A stretch of DNA of 64,000 nt from Botryllus schlosseri (taxonomy: Eukaryota). Location of the stretch: NCBI GenBank assembly GCA_051294905.1, contig CM119371.1, forward strand, positions 32,552,001 to 32,616,000, written 5' to 3'. The notes beneath the pieces were generated by a model. That model was not told the origin of the DNA, ran no database searches, and saw only the letters and a program-made list of their open reading frames with translations. How positions within the stretch are numbered: position 1 is the stretch's first letter; every line of letters starts with the position of its first letter. The translations under genes and the position numbers were made by a program. Below are positions 60,940 through 64,000 of this stretch, piece by piece.

Positions 60940-61890
60940 CCAACACCGAATTTTGCGCAAAATTTACTGAGGAATAGGCTGATCAAGTGATCAGCTGTTA
61001 GCCGCCATCGAAAACGAAATAGCTATTGCGCTTGACAGCAGGGGGTTGTGAGCAAATGGCTTGAAGGCCACAATTTCACGGTGAAATTGACATTGGAGAA
61101 TATAATATCAAAGTAAATATTTGAATGCAAACTGAGAATGATATGATCGTCTCAGTTAACGTTACCGCAGATACACCGGCTTTTGCGTGAAATCCGCAAT
61201 GCGTTGTATGCTAAAGTGTCAGATCGGAGCACATCTCTACCATACTCGACCTTGATAACGAAATTACTGCCCTAATCACTGAGTGTCAAGCTTGAGACTT
61301 GGCACAGCGTTCGGTACTAAAACCAAGACATACCGTGCAAAAGCTTATGACGGATCTAGGTAAGGAGCATCGTTAAAATCAATAGATACCAATACCGGCT
61401 TTGCGTATAATCTGTTAGCGATAAATGACGAGTCAGCTCTCACTCGAATTAGGAAACGAAATTACCACTAACGCAGTTCAGTGACGAACTTAAAACTTGG
61501 TACAGCGTTCGATACTAACATTAAGACTTACCGTGCCAAATTTCATAACCGATCTCAGTATTGAACATCGTCAAAATCAATGGATACCAATACCGGCTTT
61601 TGAGTAAAATCTGTTTGCGATACATGACGGATCAGCACACACTCAACTTCGGAAACGGAATTACTACCTTGAACTTTAAGTAGAAAACCTGAAACTTGGG
61701 GCAGTGTTAAATACCACCATCACGACATGACATACCAAGTTTCAAGAGTTTTCATGGTGTTAAACACCATCAAAATCGACCTATACCAGCAAAGGTCGAC
61801 TAAACTCATATTACGGTAATCGAGTTCAGATATAGATACTATTGTTACATCACACCTTAGGGGCGACCAGGCATATTTGCCCCGCTTGCT
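60940..61890. repeat. Diverged ~200-bp tandem repeat, 3 clear units (61169, 61384, 61582) plus partial units
   Basis: Recurring ATACCGGCTTT...AACGAAATTAC...AACTTGG...CCAA(A/G)TTTCA...CATCGTCAAAATC. Confidence 0.75.
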
Positions 61891-62435
61891 CGGCTATTTT
61901 ACGAATAGGAGAGAGTAAATCACCGTTTCTTTATTGTGCGCGGCTTTGAGAGAATAGACAGTAAAAGCTTGTTATGAGCGCTATCGGAGCATGCCCCGGC
62001 TAGGCATTCGCAAAGCGAAAACACGGAAGAGAATTCGATTTTCGCAGAGACTTCGCTATATATGGGCATTTACAAGCGAAAGGACAAGAAGAATACGATT
62101 TTCGCTGTCATTTCGGTATATATAGATTGGTGTGCGTCTATAAATGGTAAAGAATTGCTATTGAACAGAATATTAGGTGGGGTAATGCCCCAGTTGCCCT
62201 ATAGGACGAGCCGCCACTGTAAAGTAGACCAATTAAAACTTGATCGAAAATCAACTGTATCGCTTACTTGCGATGTCATATATAGGGTTGGCAAATGCAG
62301 AAAGGCTCTGGAAGTCATAGGCTATATTTCATAACATAATAGCTTATCAAACTGACTGTAACATAACCAAATTATCCTCATCGTTCGAGATGTCTTTACA
62401 TCTTAATAGAGATCAGATAACATGATTGGGGAAAT

Positions 62436-62557
62436 GAGTGGCGCAGTTGGTTAATCACTTCAGTCACGACACCAATGGTTGCTGGTTCGAGTCTCGGCTC
62501 TGCTATGTTTCTATGTGTCGGAGGTTTATCTGGGCTACTCTTCGCCGATCGCGCTGT
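62436..62557 (+). mobile_element. 5' part of a tRNA-derived SINE
   Basis: A-box TGGCGCAGTTGG and B-box GGTTCGAGTCT. Body GGAGGTTTATCT(G/A)GGCT..TC.TCGCC shared with the 12697-12983 copy. Confidence 0.75.
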
Positions 62558-63384
62558 ACTTCCAGCGCCTTGAAAAGCTCAGAGGAAGAGAGAGCCGAAC
62601 TCCAGAAAGATGGCAAAAAAAGACCAGGTTGCAGGCGCATGAAAAGCGAACGAGACTGGTGGTGGAAGCGCGCGTGCATGGACGTCGTCCTTGATAGTTG
62701 AAGAAAATCGAACGAGCAAAACTAGTGCCAACGTGCCAAACTCGAAATTGTGGTGCCAACTAACGTGAAAATGTGCCAATATTCATAAATTTGGCCCCGA
62801 TATGCGCCAATTTGCAACACTGGATACTTCGCAACGACACACTAAGCAGCAGTATTAACAGAAAGTGTTCGTGCTTGCTGGCTCACGCAGAAACAGCTGA
62901 TATTTGATTAATTATGATGTAACAACAGCGGTGTATCCATTGAGAATAAACGACCGTCAATGACCGGATGGTACGAGGTTGGTAGAGTTCATAAACAAGT
63001 GAAATAGGTGTAATAGGAGGCAAATTTACGGGACTTGAAATTCATTTCAGGTATCGCAGGCTGGAATGTATTGAGCCACTTTTCTATCATCGTCGATCTC
63101 ACATAAATTGAACTGAGCAAAAACCAAGCACATATTGAATCATTATTTGACTGAAAGTTCTATCGTTTTCGCCCCCTATCGCCCCCTTGTCCGTTTCGCC
63201 CCCCTATTGCCCCCATCGTTATTTTCGCCCGCTGGATCACCAAATCGCCCCCTGGGAGGCGGTATCTCCCACGCTGGGTACCACTGCCATGAACCATATA
63301 TTCCTTAATTGCGATTGTTCTATTTTCCCAATGCAAAATACCCCACATACCAAATTACCTGGAAAGCTCGATGAGCCTGACTAA

Positions 63385-63928
63385 CAGGACCGTGTAGCAG
63401 CACTTCGTCAGCCACCGGAAACGTTGGTTTCGCCCCCCTCCCATAGGGCGATAAACCGAAGTATTCCTTTATTGGCATATAATTTTTTTCCACGGGGTAG
63501 CACTTGTCCTGTCGGGTTCAGATCGCCAGAAAGGCAACATTCAACGCCAACCGTTGATGCGCATATGAACCATTGAACGTATATGTATAGTATATATATA
63601 TCGAAGTTTTCGGTGAGAACAAGGGCATTCCTTTTCGGCCAAGGTCGTCTATCTGCTGATCGTTCTGGCACACTTCTCGGAGTCGCATGTTACATGGCCT
63701 ATAACTTCATATGTGTCGGTGCGTCGTGGTGCAGTAATCTCCGACGCCGAAGTATCCATTTCCAAAAATCTTTCGTATTTATGTTGGGGTAAGGGTACCC
63801 CGAAACCAAGAGATATGACTAGGCTATATTAAATCACGCACAGTGCCAAAATTCTTTGAAAAAGTCAAGTTCGCGTTCGAGTCCGCCTCTTCCAATTAGG
63901 AATTGGGGGAGCGGCAGTTACGGTCCTG
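63385..63928 (+). mobile_element. Non-autonomous TIR element (CAGGACCGT...ACGGTCCTG)
   Basis: 9-bp TIR, no clear TSD. Fragments at 436-666, about 8130-8184 and 44023-44716. Confidence 0.7.
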
Positions 63929-64000
63929 ACTCCAATATAGCCGTTTTAACGCGCCATCGCCCCTATCGCCCCCGTCGTTCGTTCTCGCCCCCAGCCCTAT

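Larger units (their letters stand above)
59769..63286. mobile_element. Probable hAT MITE (ATCGCCCC repeats) expanded by nested insertions
   Basis: CAGTGGTCCCCAAC...GCTGGGTACCACTG. TSD CCATAGAC/CCATGAAC. Confidence 0.55.

Noticed and set aside
62436..62505. tRNA gene (also the heads near 12900, 13330 and 13680)
   Set aside because: A and B boxes are present but no consistent cloverleaf was found, and the sequence continues into a repeated SINE body.

Overview
AT-rich, repeat-dense animal genomic DNA (an invertebrate deuterostome such as an ascidian is my guess from the repeat style, not shown by the sequence). The only clear host genes are three paralogous minus-strand C2H2 zinc-finger genes, each with an uninterrupted finger ORF: ZF1 4745..6280 (16 intact fingers), ZF2 24770..25573 (7) and ZF3 46426..48294 (21). 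They lie about 20 kb apart and arose by segmental duplication. They have a non-canonical AGIKNHE-type linker, no recognisable effector domain, hypervariable DNA-contact residues, shuffled array interiors and eroding C-termini. The rest is mostly nested transposable elements: many hAT-type MITEs with readable 8-bp TSDs, four hAT transposase relics, tRNA-derived SINEs and LINE fragments. Two elements stand out: a young 4.5-kb non-autonomous Ty3/Gypsy LTR element whose LTRs end TT...AA instead of TG...CA, and a 1.3-kb MITE inserted head-to-head into a copy of itself just upstream of ZF3. All identities were estimated by eye.
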